A stretch of DNA of 64,000 bases, from NCBI GenBank assembly GCA_017409215.1, contig JAFQTD010000016.1, positions 5,128 through 69,127 of the forward strand, read 5' to 3'. Shown here piece by piece: positions 50,521-60,079 of the stretch. Both the position numbers and the translations under genes were made by a program. The notes beneath the pieces are model-generated. The model worked only from the letters and a program-made list of their open reading frames with translations, ran no database searches and was not told the DNA's origin. This stretch comes from Alphaproteobacteria bacterium (GTDB lineage: Bacteria; Pseudomonadota; Alphaproteobacteria; Rs-D84). Numbering within the stretch: the first letter of the stretch is position 1; each line of letters opens with the position of its first letter.

Positions 50521-52221
50521 TTATGAACTTAATGTTCCGTTTTTAGCTTTCTCTACCAAATTTTCTACAAATACTTTTATCTTGCTTTGATCGTGATACG
50601 TATAGTTGTCACTTATATCCCTTTTTAATTGTTCTATATCATCCTTGGACATATTTGCTGTATTTTCAGAAAAAGATTTTGTTGGGTCGTAATTTTCTTT
50701 GTGCGGCATTATATCATCTGGTTCTAAGATGTCTTCAAAAACACACCTTTGGGGTAAAATGTTCAATATATCTTTAACAGAAAACAAATTAGTGCATTCA
50801 ATTCCTAATTCTTTAGCAACTTCTTGAATTTGTTTTTTTATTTTATTTCCACCAGTATCTTCATCGTGTATAACCGTTAAATTAAGGTTGTCTATAGATG
50901 AATATCTGTACATTTTTGGCATTTCAGAACCGTTACAACTTTGAATGAAAATTTCCCTTATGTTCATGCTTTCTAGAACTTTATTTAATATAATTTTATC
51001 CGTGTTACCTTCAACTAATACTATGTATTGTGGCAAAAGTTCTTTCCAATAATTTAAGCCGAATCCGACTCTCATAACTTCATCACTCAATATATATGAG
51101 TCTGATTTTGCTCGTTCAATCGTTGTTTTGCCTTTCTTTTTAGAAACTACAATATGACTTTCAGGGGTTGTCTTATCGATCATAAAAGGCGAATGAGTAG
51201 CGCATATGATAACATTGTTTTTACTCATCCCAATAAGACGATCCCTTAAAAATTGGATTCCACTAGGATGTAAATGAACATCCGGTTCGTCTAATAAAAT
51301 AATACTGTTTTCAATATCTTTTGTAGCTTCTTCACAAGATACAGATAATATGAACGAAATGAATTGTCTAAAACCATCGCTTCTATCTTTTGTATCAAAT
51401 AATATACTTTCTCGGTCCTTGTCTTCGATTAAACATGTACAAATACCAGTTTGTTCTATATCTATATTTATTTTTACATTAGCCTCGAAAGATTTCCAAA
51501 CGGCTTTAAAATGTTTATTAATTGCCGACTCTAATTGTCTGCTTATAGTTTTTCGATTGCTAGCATCTTTTAAATCACCTAAGTTATAAATATCTAACTT
51601 TGCCAACTTAAAAATATTTTCTATTGGCTTGTTTTTTAATGTTTTATTTATTATTTGATTCAAATCAATTGATGATGGCAATAAAAATTCTTCACTATAA
51701 TCCCAATATATAATTTTGGGTTTATTTGGAGCTATTACCTCGTTCCATAAGAATTTATCATGTTCTTCTTTTATTTGTTCTAATGTTGAATCACCAGTAT
51801 ACCAAGCGTTGTTAAGATAATACCTATTATTTTTGATACCAGTTGACGACAACTCAAAATTATATATTATGTGCTTGATATCATCAAATTTTTTTATACT
51901 GAGCCCCTTTTGTTCGGCAAATATTTGAGATTTTTCTTGTAATAATTTATTAGTAGCTTTATCTATTTCAAAATATATTTTGACTTCTACAATATTATCT
52001 TCTGCATTATTAACATTCGGCTTATACATGGTTTTTGTATACTTAAGTTCTGATGAGTATACATTGTTGATAGCCTGTAAAATTGAACTTTTCCCAGATT
52101 CGTTCAAGCCGATAAGAAGATTAAACGCTCGTTCTGATTTATCTTTGTTTTGATAAAATCTATCAATAGTTAAATTTTCTATACTTCTAAAATTATGAAT
52201 AGTAATTTTTTCTAATTTCAT
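50521..52221 (-). CDS. OLD-family-like ABC ATPase plus TOPRIM nuclease
   Basis: I.NFRSI; GLNESGKSS; SDG; LLDEPDVHLHP; THSPF; LVEGNTD; DED. Confidence 0.85.
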   Translation of the reverse strand: MKLEKITIHNFRSIENLTIDRFYQNKDKSERAFNLLIGLNESGKSSILQAINNVYSSELKYTKTMYKPNVNNAEDNIVEVKIYFEIDKATNKLLQEKSQIFAEQKGLSIKKFDDIKHIIYNFELSSTGIKNNRYYLNNAWYTGDSTLEQIKEEHDKFLWNEVIAPNKPKIIYWDYSEEFLLPSSIDLNQIINKTLKNKPIENIFKLAKLDIYNLGDLKDASNRKTISRQLESAINKHFKAVWKSFEANVKINIDIEQTGICTCLIEDKDRESILFDTKDRSDGFRQFISFILSVSCEEATKDIENSIILLDEPDVHLHPSGIQFLRDRLIGMSKNNVIICATHSPFMIDKTTPESHIVVSKKKGKTTIERAKSDSYILSDEVMRVGFGLNYWKELLPQYIVLVEGNTDKIILNKVLESMNIREIFIQSCNGSEMPKMYRYSSIDNLNLTVIHDEDTGGNKIKKQIQEVAKELGIECTNLFSVKDILNILPQRCVFEDILEPDDIMPHKENYDPTKSFSENTANMSKDDIEQLKRDISDNYTYHDQSKIKVFVENLVEKAKNGTLSS

Positions 52222-52407
52222 TTGTGACCTCTTATTATCATGTAACATAATATTTTTTGCCTAAAAAATCCAGTTTTTTATTGGTAAATTGAAATAGTTA
52301 TATATTTTTTCACAAAATCAAAAAAATTTTTCAAGGCAGCTGGTCGCAACAATGTATATTATTAAGAATAAGGGTATTCCTTATTCGTTAAACATAAGGA
52401 GTATACT

Positions 52408-53673
52408 ATGCTTTTAACAATTGTTGATAAAAACATTAATCAAATTAAACCATATAAAAACAACCCAAAACTTCACAGTAAACATCAGATTAAACAGATT
52501 GCGGATTCTATTAAAGAATTTGGATTTGTGAACCCTGTGTTGTTGGATGAAAATGGGGAAATCATAGCTGGACATGGACGATATTTGGCTGCAAAACAGT
52601 TAAATATGGAAAATATCCCCACAATAACACTGTCTCATTTAAATGATGAGCAGAAACGTCTGTATCGCATTGCCGATAACAAACTGACCGAATTAGGCAA
52701 ATGGGATGTGTCTTTGTTGCAAATGGAATTTAAAGAACTGGAAAATTTAAATCTGGATCTAGAAATTACAGGGTTTGAAACCGAAGAAATAGATAACTTT
52801 ATTATAAATAAGTCTGGTCCTACAAATCTGAAAGAAGAACATATCCCAGAATTATCAACTAACGATTACCAATGCAAATTTGGTGATATATGGCAATTGG
52901 GTCGACATTTCCTTATTTGTGGTGATGCATTAAAAGCGAAAACGTATGCAAATTTAATAGGAAACAATCGTGCCCAAATGATTTTAACAGATCCACCATA
53001 TAATGTCCGTGTAAAAGATATTGGTTCAAGCGGTAAAATTAAGCATGATGAATTTGCGATGGCATCTGGCGAGATGTCATCTGATGAATTCATCACGTTT
53101 TTAAATACATTTATGAAACATGCAAAAGAATATTCCATCGATGGTTCTTTGCATTACTTGTTTATGGATTGGCGACACGGAATAGAAATTGGTCTGGCCG
53201 CATCAATCGTTTATGAAGAATTAAAAAACATCTGCGTTTGGGTCAAAAACAATGGTGGTATGGGCAGCCTGTATCGTTCACAGCATGAATTGTGCTTTAT
53301 ATACAAAAACGGCAAAGGCCCACATACGAATAATATAAATCTGGGGGCGCATGGGCGATATCGCACAAATGTTTGGGAATACGCAGGTGCCAATGGTTCC
53401 GCAGATGGTAAAGAAAATTTAAAATTACACCCAACGGTTAAGCCCGTTGCAATGTTAAAAGATGCAATTCTGGATGTCACAAAACGTGGCAATATTGTAT
53501 TGGATTGCTTCTTGTGGTCTGGTTCAACCTTAATCGCATGCGAACAAACAGGTCGTACATGTTATGGCATCGAAATAGAACCAAAATATTGTGATGTGAC
53601 AATTAAACGTTATGAAGAACTAACCGGTGAAAAAGCCATAAAAATAGGAGATGCAGATGACAGGATATGCTAA
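52408..53673 (+). CDS. ParB-like domain plus N6/N4 DNA methyltransferase
   Basis: AGHGRY.AA; DPPYN; HPTVKP; the SAM motif reads FLWSG. Confidence 0.9.
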   Translation: MLLTIVDKNINQIKPYKNNPKLHSKHQIKQIADSIKEFGFVNPVLLDENGEIIAGHGRYLAAKQLNMENIPTITLSHLNDEQKRLYRIADNKLTELGKWDVSLLQMEFKELENLNLDLEITGFETEEIDNFIINKSGPTNLKEEHIPELSTNDYQCKFGDIWQLGRHFLICGDALKAKTYANLIGNNRAQMILTDPPYNVRVKDIGSSGKIKHDEFAMASGEMSSDEFITFLNTFMKHAKEYSIDGSLHYLFMDWRHGIEIGLAASIVYEELKNICVWVKNNGGMGSLYRSQHELCFIYKNGKGPHTNNINLGAHGRYRTNVWEYAGANGSADGKENLKLHPTVKPVAMLKDAILDVTKRGNIVLDCFLWSGSTLIACEQTGRTCYGIEIEPKYCDVTIKRYEELTGEKAIKIGDADDRIC

Positions 53674-54031
53674 CCCACCAAAAGAAACACAATTCAAAAA
53701 AGGACAATCTGGTAATCCCAAAGGACGTCCCAAGGGCGATAAAAATTATTTGGCTCTTGCAAACAGAGAGTTATCACAAAAGGTTTCAATTATGGAAAAT
53801 GGTCGACGTAAAACACTTAGCAAAAAGGAGGTGTTTGTCAAAACGACGATAAACAAGGGTATTGCTGGCGATAAAAAATTTACAAATATTGCATATACAA
53901 TGATGCAGGATGCCGAAAGATATAATGAACGCAAAAAACACGATGAAAAAGAACAGTCTAAAATAAATCAGAAAATTATTGAAAATTTCCGAAAACGGGT
54001 TTTAGAAGAGAATAAAGAGGTGGAAGAATGA
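53657..54031 (+). CDS. DUF5681 (TerS-like) protein
   Basis: GY.NPPKETQFKKGQSGNPKGRPKG; directly upstream of TerL. Confidence 0.85.
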   Translation: MTGYANPPKETQFKKGQSGNPKGRPKGDKNYLALANRELSQKVSIMENGRRKTLSKKEVFVKTTINKGIAGDKKFTNIAYTMMQDAERYNERKKHDEKEQSKINQKIIENFRKRVLEENKEVEE

Positions 54032-55473
54032 CACAAAATCTGGCTAATGCTTTAATAAAGGAAGATTTTTACAGTTTTGTGCAACGGGCTTATTTTGAAA
54101 CAAGCGGTGGGCAAATACTGATTCCAAATTGGCACATTGAAATATTGTGTGATCGGCTGGAAAAAGCACGCAAAGGCGAAATAAAACGTCTTATTATAAA
54201 TGTTCCGCCACGCAGTTTAAAATCACAAATTGTAAATGTTGCATTTACCGCTTGGGTATTAGGTCATAATCCAACAGAAAAAATTGTTAGCGCATCGTAT
54301 TCTGCAGAATTAGCGGAAACTTTTGCACGCGATTGCAAACGTGTTATGCAATCTGAGTGGTATAAACAACTATTTCCGAAAAGTGAGATTTCAAATGACC
54401 AATCGTCAGCCTATGATTTTAAAACAATTTCACGCGGTGGACGCTTTGCCGCATCTGTCGAAGGATCTTTAACGGGTCGCGGCGGCAATATAATAATCAT
54501 CGACGACCCGATAAAAACAACAGATATGGCAAATGAGAATGCCCTAAATAAAGTACAAGAATGGTATACGGGTACACTGTTAAGCCGTTTAGATAATCAA
54601 GAATACGGGGTGATTATTTTGATAATGCAACGTGTTCACGAAAACGATTTAACAGGTTATCTGTTAGATAAAGAGTCTGATAAATGGGAGCATATAGTTA
54701 TGCCTATGATTGCAACCGAAGAAGAACAATGGGAAGTTGAGAATAAAACTTTTATAAGGCATAAAGGCGATGTATTAAACAAGCAATATATCAGTTTTGA
54801 AAAGTGTAATGAATTAAAAACAGAATTAGGGGAATATGTATGGAATGCCCAATATCAACAAGAACCATGTCCTGTTGGGGGTGGTATCGTAAAAGAAGAA
54901 TGGATGCAATATTATCCAAACCAACGTTTGAATCCTGATGAAGTTTATAAAATATTATTAAGTTGGGATACAGCTAATAAAACAGGAGAAAACAATGCAT
55001 ATTCTGCTTGTTCTGTCGTAGCAGTAATGAGAAACAGGACATTTTATTTGTTACAAGTTGCGCGTGCCCGACTGGATATGACCAAACTCTTAGAATCTGT
55101 TTTGCAAGCATACAATTCTGTAGTTCAAGAGTCTGGATTTTTCAGAATCAAACCAGTATTACTAATAGAAGATGCTGCGAGCGGAACTCCGCTTATAAAT
55201 TTGTTAAGAAATTTAAAAGATATATATGGCCGCGTATTAAATATCGAGGCAATAAAGCCTAAAGGGAATAAAATTGACCGACTTTATGGTATAACACCAT
55301 ATATTGAAAATGGACAATTGTTGTTTCCGCCAGATGGTGTGGAAGGGAAAGAACGATGGTGGCCAGATTTTAAAAAAGAATTGTTAAGCTTTCCAAATTC
55401 AAAATATAAAGATCAAGTTGATTCTTTGACACAGGCTATTTCATATGCTCAAGAATTATTGGCATACCAATAA
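54028..55473 (+). CDS. Phage terminase large subunit
   Basis: RLIINVPPRSLKS; TGRGG.IIIIDDP; MQRVHE.DL.G; AQYQQ.P; SWDTA; EL..FP..KY.DQVD. Confidence 0.92.
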   Translation: MTQNLANALIKEDFYSFVQRAYFETSGGQILIPNWHIEILCDRLEKARKGEIKRLIINVPPRSLKSQIVNVAFTAWVLGHNPTEKIVSASYSAELAETFARDCKRVMQSEWYKQLFPKSEISNDQSSAYDFKTISRGGRFAASVEGSLTGRGGNIIIIDDPIKTTDMANENALNKVQEWYTGTLLSRLDNQEYGVIILIMQRVHENDLTGYLLDKESDKWEHIVMPMIATEEEQWEVENKTFIRHKGDVLNKQYISFEKCNELKTELGEYVWNAQYQQEPCPVGGGIVKEEWMQYYPNQRLNPDEVYKILLSWDTANKTGENNAYSACSVVAVMRNRTFYLLQVARARLDMTKLLESVLQAYNSVVQESGFFRIKPVLLIEDAASGTPLINLLRNLKDIYGRVLNIEAIKPKGNKIDRLYGITPYIENGQLLFPPDGVEGKERWWPDFKKELLSFPNSKYKDQVDSLTQAISYAQELLAYQ

Positions 55474-55500
55474 AATAAATACTGGGTAAAATCTCGGTAT

Positions 55501-56139
55501 TTATTTTGGCATATGTTTATGTATACATGCGTTATGCAAATCACTAATCAAATTCTTGCCAGTATAAGATTTTATAAACCGTTTAAATTGGTCTATTTGT
55601 TTAATAAAATCATCACATGATATAAAATATGAATAATCATGTTTAGAAAAAGCATCAAATACAATCATATCTATTTCTTTGTTGTGCTTTTTTATCCACT
55701 GATATACTGTTTCAAAATCTATATATAAAAACATATGATTTGTGGCCGCGCCGTGTATTTCGCGCATTGATAGAAAACCACTAAAAATCCTGGTTTTATC
55801 TGCTAGTTTTATTTGTGGAGCAATATTTACATTTTTCATATATAAAAAACTGTCATTTTTACAATCTGGCAATTTCATAATACTCGTATCGTTTTTACCC
55901 GGCGGACAAATATAAATAGGTATCAGTATTTTTGATCGCAACAACGTCGCTATGAAATACGCCAAACTTTCATCATCTTTGAACACGTTATATTCTGCTA
56001 ATGCACTGGCCAATGTCCCATTAAAATAATCGGTATTATTTTCTTGGTGAATAATACAGTAATCAAATTCATATTCGAAATCTTTAAAATGGCTCTCGTC
56101 CAATACATATTCTGTTAAAGTTTTTCGTATGTTTGTCAT
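55501..56139 (-). CDS. Hypothetical protein, possibly SseB-like
   Basis: ILIP...F.S..EI pattern; weak similarity only. Confidence 0.55.
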   Translation of the reverse strand: MTNIRKTLTEYVLDESHFKDFEYEFDYCIIHQENNTDYFNGTLASALAEYNVFKDDESLAYFIATLLRSKILIPIYICPPGKNDTSIMKLPDCKNDSFLYMKNVNIAPQIKLADKTRIFSGFLSMREIHGAATNHMFLYIDFETVYQWIKKHNKEIDMIVFDAFSKHDYSYFISCDDFIKQIDQFKRFIKSYTGKNLISDLHNACIHKHMPK

Positions 56140-56140
56140 A

Positions 56141-56638
56141 TTATTTTTCCAAATTTATGCCACATTCTGTATAGCACTTTTTCCAATCAAATCGCGATGA
56201 TTTATATTTTTTGTTTAATTTTGCATTTTCTTCTTTGGTAATCCATACGGTTTTCAAATTATTCAAAACATATTTAACACTTTTATCATCATCCATAAAA
56301 GCATGAAATAATTCAGATAACGGCACACAGTGTTCCAATATTAAATCTTTCAATTTCGGGAAATCTTTTTGATTTGTGCGTTTTTTGCCGACCAATAAAT
56401 TATGCAAATCCCCATTTATACCAGATTTGCACCAAATATTTTGCGCCGATACCGATATAAAATCTGCCGGTCTTGATTCAGAAATCACATACAATATATT
56501 GCGAAATGATAATTTTACAATTTTCTTTGCGTTATCACTTGCTTTACGATATGTATCACGCAGATTATTCAATAGTAAATCTACATCTTTATCAGTAAAT
56601 TTATTCGCCGGTTTGCTTATTGTTATTTGTGGTTTCAT
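56141..56638 (-). CDS. Hypothetical protein with HNH-like motif
   Basis: LEHCVP...WITKEEN..LN. Confidence 0.6.
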   Translation of the reverse strand: MKPQITISKPANKFTDKDVDLLLNNLRDTYRKASDNAKKIVKLSFRNILYVISESRPADFISVSAQNIWCKSGINGDLHNLLVGKKRTNQKDFPKLKDLILEHCVPLSELFHAFMDDDKSVKYVLNNLKTVWITKEENAKLNKKYKSSRFDWKKCYTECGINLEK

Positions 56639-57113
56639 GGTTCTCTGCCGCTTGTTTTTCTTGCCATTTTTTATATTCTGGATTTGGAATCTGGGATTCT
56701 ATCATCTTTAACTTTCGAATAGTTTTCTTTGTGCCTATCGTATTGTAATAAGTATAAGTTCCATCTAATACCATACAATATGCCCCAAATGTAACCGTAT
56801 ATCCATCATACAATTTTTTTGATTCTGTTTTCCAGTCTTTTTCGCCTATAACCTGTCGCATATCGGTTGCAAAAACTTCGCCACCAAACATCTGTTGCCG
56901 TCGTGCCTTGCATGAACGTGCCACATCTGTGTCGCCATCTGCCGGATGACAATAATATAATTGAATCAAAGAATACTTGTCATTCACTTGAAATACTTTT
57001 AATTCATGACTTGGAAAGCAATCTGGATTGCGTATGGTTTTTGGAGGAACCGGTTGTGTTGTTAAACCAACACAAGAACACAATAACAAACCTAATAAAA
57101 TTACTTTCTTCAT
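56601..57113 (-). CDS. Lipoprotein
   Basis: Lipobox LCSC. Confidence 0.7.
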   Translation of the reverse strand: MKKVILLGLLLCSCVGLTTQPVPPKTIRNPDCFPSHELKVFQVNDKYSLIQLYYCHPADGDTDVARSCKARRQQMFGGEVFATDMRQVIGEKDWKTESKKLYDGYTVTFGAYCMVLDGTYTYYNTIGTKKTIRKLKMIESQIPNPEYKKWQEKQAAENHETTNNNKQTGE

Positions 57114-57115
57114 AT

Positions 57116-57793
57116 TTAATCCTTTTTGTTTTTGGGTGGAATTTCTATAAACAATGATTTGAATTGTCCGTATTTATCGCCAGTATCGCAAAAATCTTGC
57201 CATTGAAAATTATAGGCATTTTGCATAAACAAATCTGGTTTATCTTTAAGATGTTTGGAATTGGTGTCATTTTTTACATTCCACTTATGCCATCCAGACA
57301 TTTTTTCGCCTTCAGTTGTCCTGAATGCATATGCCATAGAATTTGGGTTGCTTTTTGCACACCAAAACGACTTGTTGTTCGAGATAAAAATGCATACGCC
57401 TGATTTTGCGTATCCTTTATCAATTAACCATTCAATGCGATTTATATCTGCCCATACATGGTAACAATTATCATCGTTTCCCTTGTGATCTGCCAACAGG
57501 TCTGATACAGGTATTTTTGTATTTTCATAAAGTTTTTCTGATTTTATCGGTCTGGTTTTATATTTCAATTCTATGGGGTAAAAATCGCCGTCTTTGATGA
57601 CCATTATATCTATGTGAATAATGCGTTGTTCGCCTGGCTTTTTAATTGGAAATTCCAAAATTATTTGTGCAGCATTATTGAATATCTTGTGTAATTCAAT
57701 TGCTAATGAATGTTGAAAATCTGCTTCCGAGACAAAGAACCTTTGTCTACTTATGCTAGAAAATGCTTCTTTAATTCCGCTGATTACATCCAT
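57116..57793 (-). CDS. PD-(D/E)XK-like nuclease-fold protein
   Basis: SEADFQ..LA; E.P; IDI; IELKY. Confidence 0.65.
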   Translation of the reverse strand: MDVISGIKEAFSSISRQRFFVSEADFQHSLAIELHKIFNNAAQIILEFPIKKPGEQRIIHIDIMVIKDGDFYPIELKYKTRPIKSEKLYENTKIPVSDLLADHKGNDDNCYHVWADINRIEWLIDKGYAKSGVCIFISNNKSFWCAKSNPNSMAYAFRTTEGEKMSGWHKWNVKNDTNSKHLKDKPDLFMQNAYNFQWQDFCDTGDKYGQFKSLFIEIPPKNKKD

Positions 57794-58033
57794 CTTTATC
57801 CCCGCATAAAATGTTGACCGCCAACTAAGAATCGGCGGCCGGGGAGTTCCTAATCAGTTTATCATTGATTCCGTGGCTTTCGGGTTGCCCCTATTGTATG
57901 GCGCACGACTCCCCGACCATAACGTCAGGGACATTACGGTGCAAAAAGCACCGAAACATCAGTAATAACGATGCTTTCGCACCGGATAAACGGGCTAGGA
58001 CAGCCCCGAACCCAACTCTCATTGGATTCACCG
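57794..58033 (-). ncRNA. Structured c4/CI-like antisense RNA plus attenuator leader (candidate)
   Basis: GC-rich hairpins including GAAA and GCAA tetraloops; loop TCCTA and GTTTATC are complementary to downstream GATAAAC-TGAT-TAGGA; GGTCGGGGAGT/ACTCCCCGGCC stem. Confidence 0.7.
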
Positions 58034-58035
58034 AA

Positions 58036-58064
58036 AACATACCTTAAAACAATATAAAAATCAA
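58036..58064 (-). promoter_or_regulatory. Sigma70-type promoter of the structured leader
   Basis: TTGATT-17bp-TATGTT on the minus strand. Confidence 0.55.
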
Positions 58065-58082
58065 GTTATTATAACAACGAAT

Positions 58083-59525
58083 CTAGCATTTTGCATATTT
58101 AATGTATTTATAAGAAGAATGTGTTTGAATAAACGCGTTGATGTGTTTATTAATTATTTCCTTAGGTATAGAATATATATCGTTCATTACGCCATTTATA
58201 AATGCACCGGCTAATATACCATAAACATTTTGCAATGCTAATTCATCATTTGCGATTGCATAATATTTACCGTTATTTTTCTTATGCGATTTTGGGTGAA
58301 CTATTACGTTGCGTATTTCGCACAAAGCGTTACCCAGATTTTTATCTTGTTTTTGGGAATATTTTAGTATGCGTTTTATTTTTGTTTTCCATGATGTTGA
58401 TAAATTTTCTGAAACAAAACCATCTATATCATTGTTTTTAGGTTTCCCTCGTAAGTTTTGTAAAGTTTCTATATAAGAAATCAACATTACATAATCTTTT
58501 TGACCAATTATCGACTGATGCTCGTTCAACATATCTTCAATTCCTGTAATCAAATTATGCCAACCAGGTTCGTCATAGACACTTAACCACCTGTTAATTG
58601 ATGTATTTAACAAATTATTATCTTTATTTATTACAAAATCCCTTATGGTTATTGGCATAAAAACATGTGATAATTTTTTATGATTATGCACAGAAGAATA
58701 AGCAAAATCCCTGCAAAGCATAGGATATGCTTTGTGATATATTTTGTCATTTCTATCGTGTTTCACAACATCAATCCAGCTAAAATTTATACCTATCTTA
58801 CAATCTACTAAAAATTCTAAAAACAACCGCAACTTATGTTCAAGCATTCTATAAATAGAGAATTTGTTATAACCTGACTTTATATGAATAGCAATATTCG
58901 TGTGGAGACGTTTTAATAAATTATATTTGTTTTCATCTAAGAATGGTTGAATATGCTTTTTAAATGAATTTATAATATTATTAGATTCTGCAGAAAAAGA
59001 ACAAATGATATCATCAAAATCATCAGCGGAATAAATGGTATGAGCTGTTGCATTCACTATTTTAAGCGAAATTTGTGTTTTACCTATTACAACTGGTATT
59101 TGTGCAAATTTCACCATAGAACTAACGTTTTTATTTGTAGACAAAAATTGATAGAAATTGTCATCATAGTCTATATATAAGCCACTTATTATAAAATTTT
59201 TTAGTAAATCACCAAAAACAATTGCTCTAGCAGATCCTGTAACAAATTCTGAAAAGACGAGATGCATACTCATTCCAGAACGTTGTAAAAACACTTCAAA
59301 TAATGTAATCGGTACGGTTTCTTCTCCATGACGAATTATACCATGCATTATACGTAAAGATTTATTAACAAGTGGTTTTGCATCTGTATTAAACACCGAG
59401 ATTTGAATCCCTGTTTCTGGAGAATAACTCAATTTGCCAGAAAATTCCTTACCCGGTTTATTTGGCATCCAAAAAGTGCCTATCCATTCATAATTTTTAT
59501 GATGATCTAAATCCAAAGTCGACAT
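58083..59525 (-). CDS. ApeA-like HEPN domain protein
   Basis: N-terminal G.FW.P......SG.LSY.P..GI resembles the ApeA NTD; HEPN RNVIVH (Rx4H). Confidence 0.75.
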   Translation of the reverse strand: MSTLDLDHHKNYEWIGTFWMPNKPGKEFSGKLSYSPETGIQISVFNTDAKPLVNKSLRIMHGIIRHGEETVPITLFEVFLQRSGMSMHLVFSEFVTGSARAIVFGDLLKNFIISGLYIDYDDNFYQFLSTNKNVSSMVKFAQIPVVIGKTQISLKIVNATAHTIYSADDFDDIICSFSAESNNIINSFKKHIQPFLDENKYNLLKRLHTNIAIHIKSGYNKFSIYRMLEHKLRLFLEFLVDCKIGINFSWIDVVKHDRNDKIYHKAYPMLCRDFAYSSVHNHKKLSHVFMPITIRDFVINKDNNLLNTSINRWLSVYDEPGWHNLITGIEDMLNEHQSIIGQKDYVMLISYIETLQNLRGKPKNNDIDGFVSENLSTSWKTKIKRILKYSQKQDKNLGNALCEIRNVIVHPKSHKKNNGKYYAIANDELALQNVYGILAGAFINGVMNDIYSIPKEIINKHINAFIQTHSSYKYIKYAKC

Positions 59526-59536
59526 ATTTTTAATGA

Positions 59537-60079
59537 TTATTTATCAGTTGGAACCGGTAACCCAAATTTTTGTAATGGAATATATTCAAAATAATACGAA
59601 CAACCGACAGATACGATGTAATCTAATACATCTTGATAGCATGGCTGTTTGAACCAGTCACTTAACAGGTAGATATATTCGACTTCCATGTTCAGTTGTG
59701 CCAACAATTTTTTATATTGCTTTTTCTTAAAATCGCATGTTTGTAATTTTTCGTCTACAGAACCGGCAACACGTTGAAACTTACATTCAATAACAAAAAA
59801 CGTATTGTTTATAACAACATAGATAGAATCATCTGGCAAAAGTTTTTTAGATAATATGGATTTCCAATCGATACCACGATATTCTAAGAATTTATATAAT
59901 GCCGTTTTCTTAAAGATAGATGCTACTTCTTCGCCTTTGTATAAAACAGAAACCCAGCCACGTTTATCATCAATGCAACTGTATCCTGGTTGGGAACACA
60001 AAAAAGTGCGTAAATCGGTTTTCCCTTCAAAAACTAAACCCGTTTTGGTATTTGCACCACCAATTCCATTCGCTTTCAT
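59537..60079 (-). CDS. Putative type II restriction endonuclease (PD-(D/E)XK)
   Basis: LLPDD...IECKFQ..AGSVDEKLQT; coupled to two MTase genes. Confidence 0.7.
   Translation of the reverse strand: MKANGIGGANTKTGLVFEGKTDLRTFLCSQPGYSCIDDKRGWVSVLYKGEEVASIFKKTALYKFLEYRGIDWKSILSKKLLPDDSIYVVINNTFFVIECKFQRVAGSVDEKLQTCDFKKKQYKKLLAQLNMEVEYIYLLSDWFKQPCYQDVLDYIVSVGCSYYFEYIPLQKFGLPVPTDK

Noticed and set aside
50521-52221. Gabija system
   Set aside because: No adjacent UvrD-like GajB gene
52408-55473. Intact prophage
   Set aside because: Terminase is present but no portal, capsid, tail or lysis genes appear in the window
57794-58033. tmRNA, RNase P, SRP or retron ncRNA identity
   Set aside because: I did not see the hallmark conserved sequences, and no reverse transcriptase is encoded in the window
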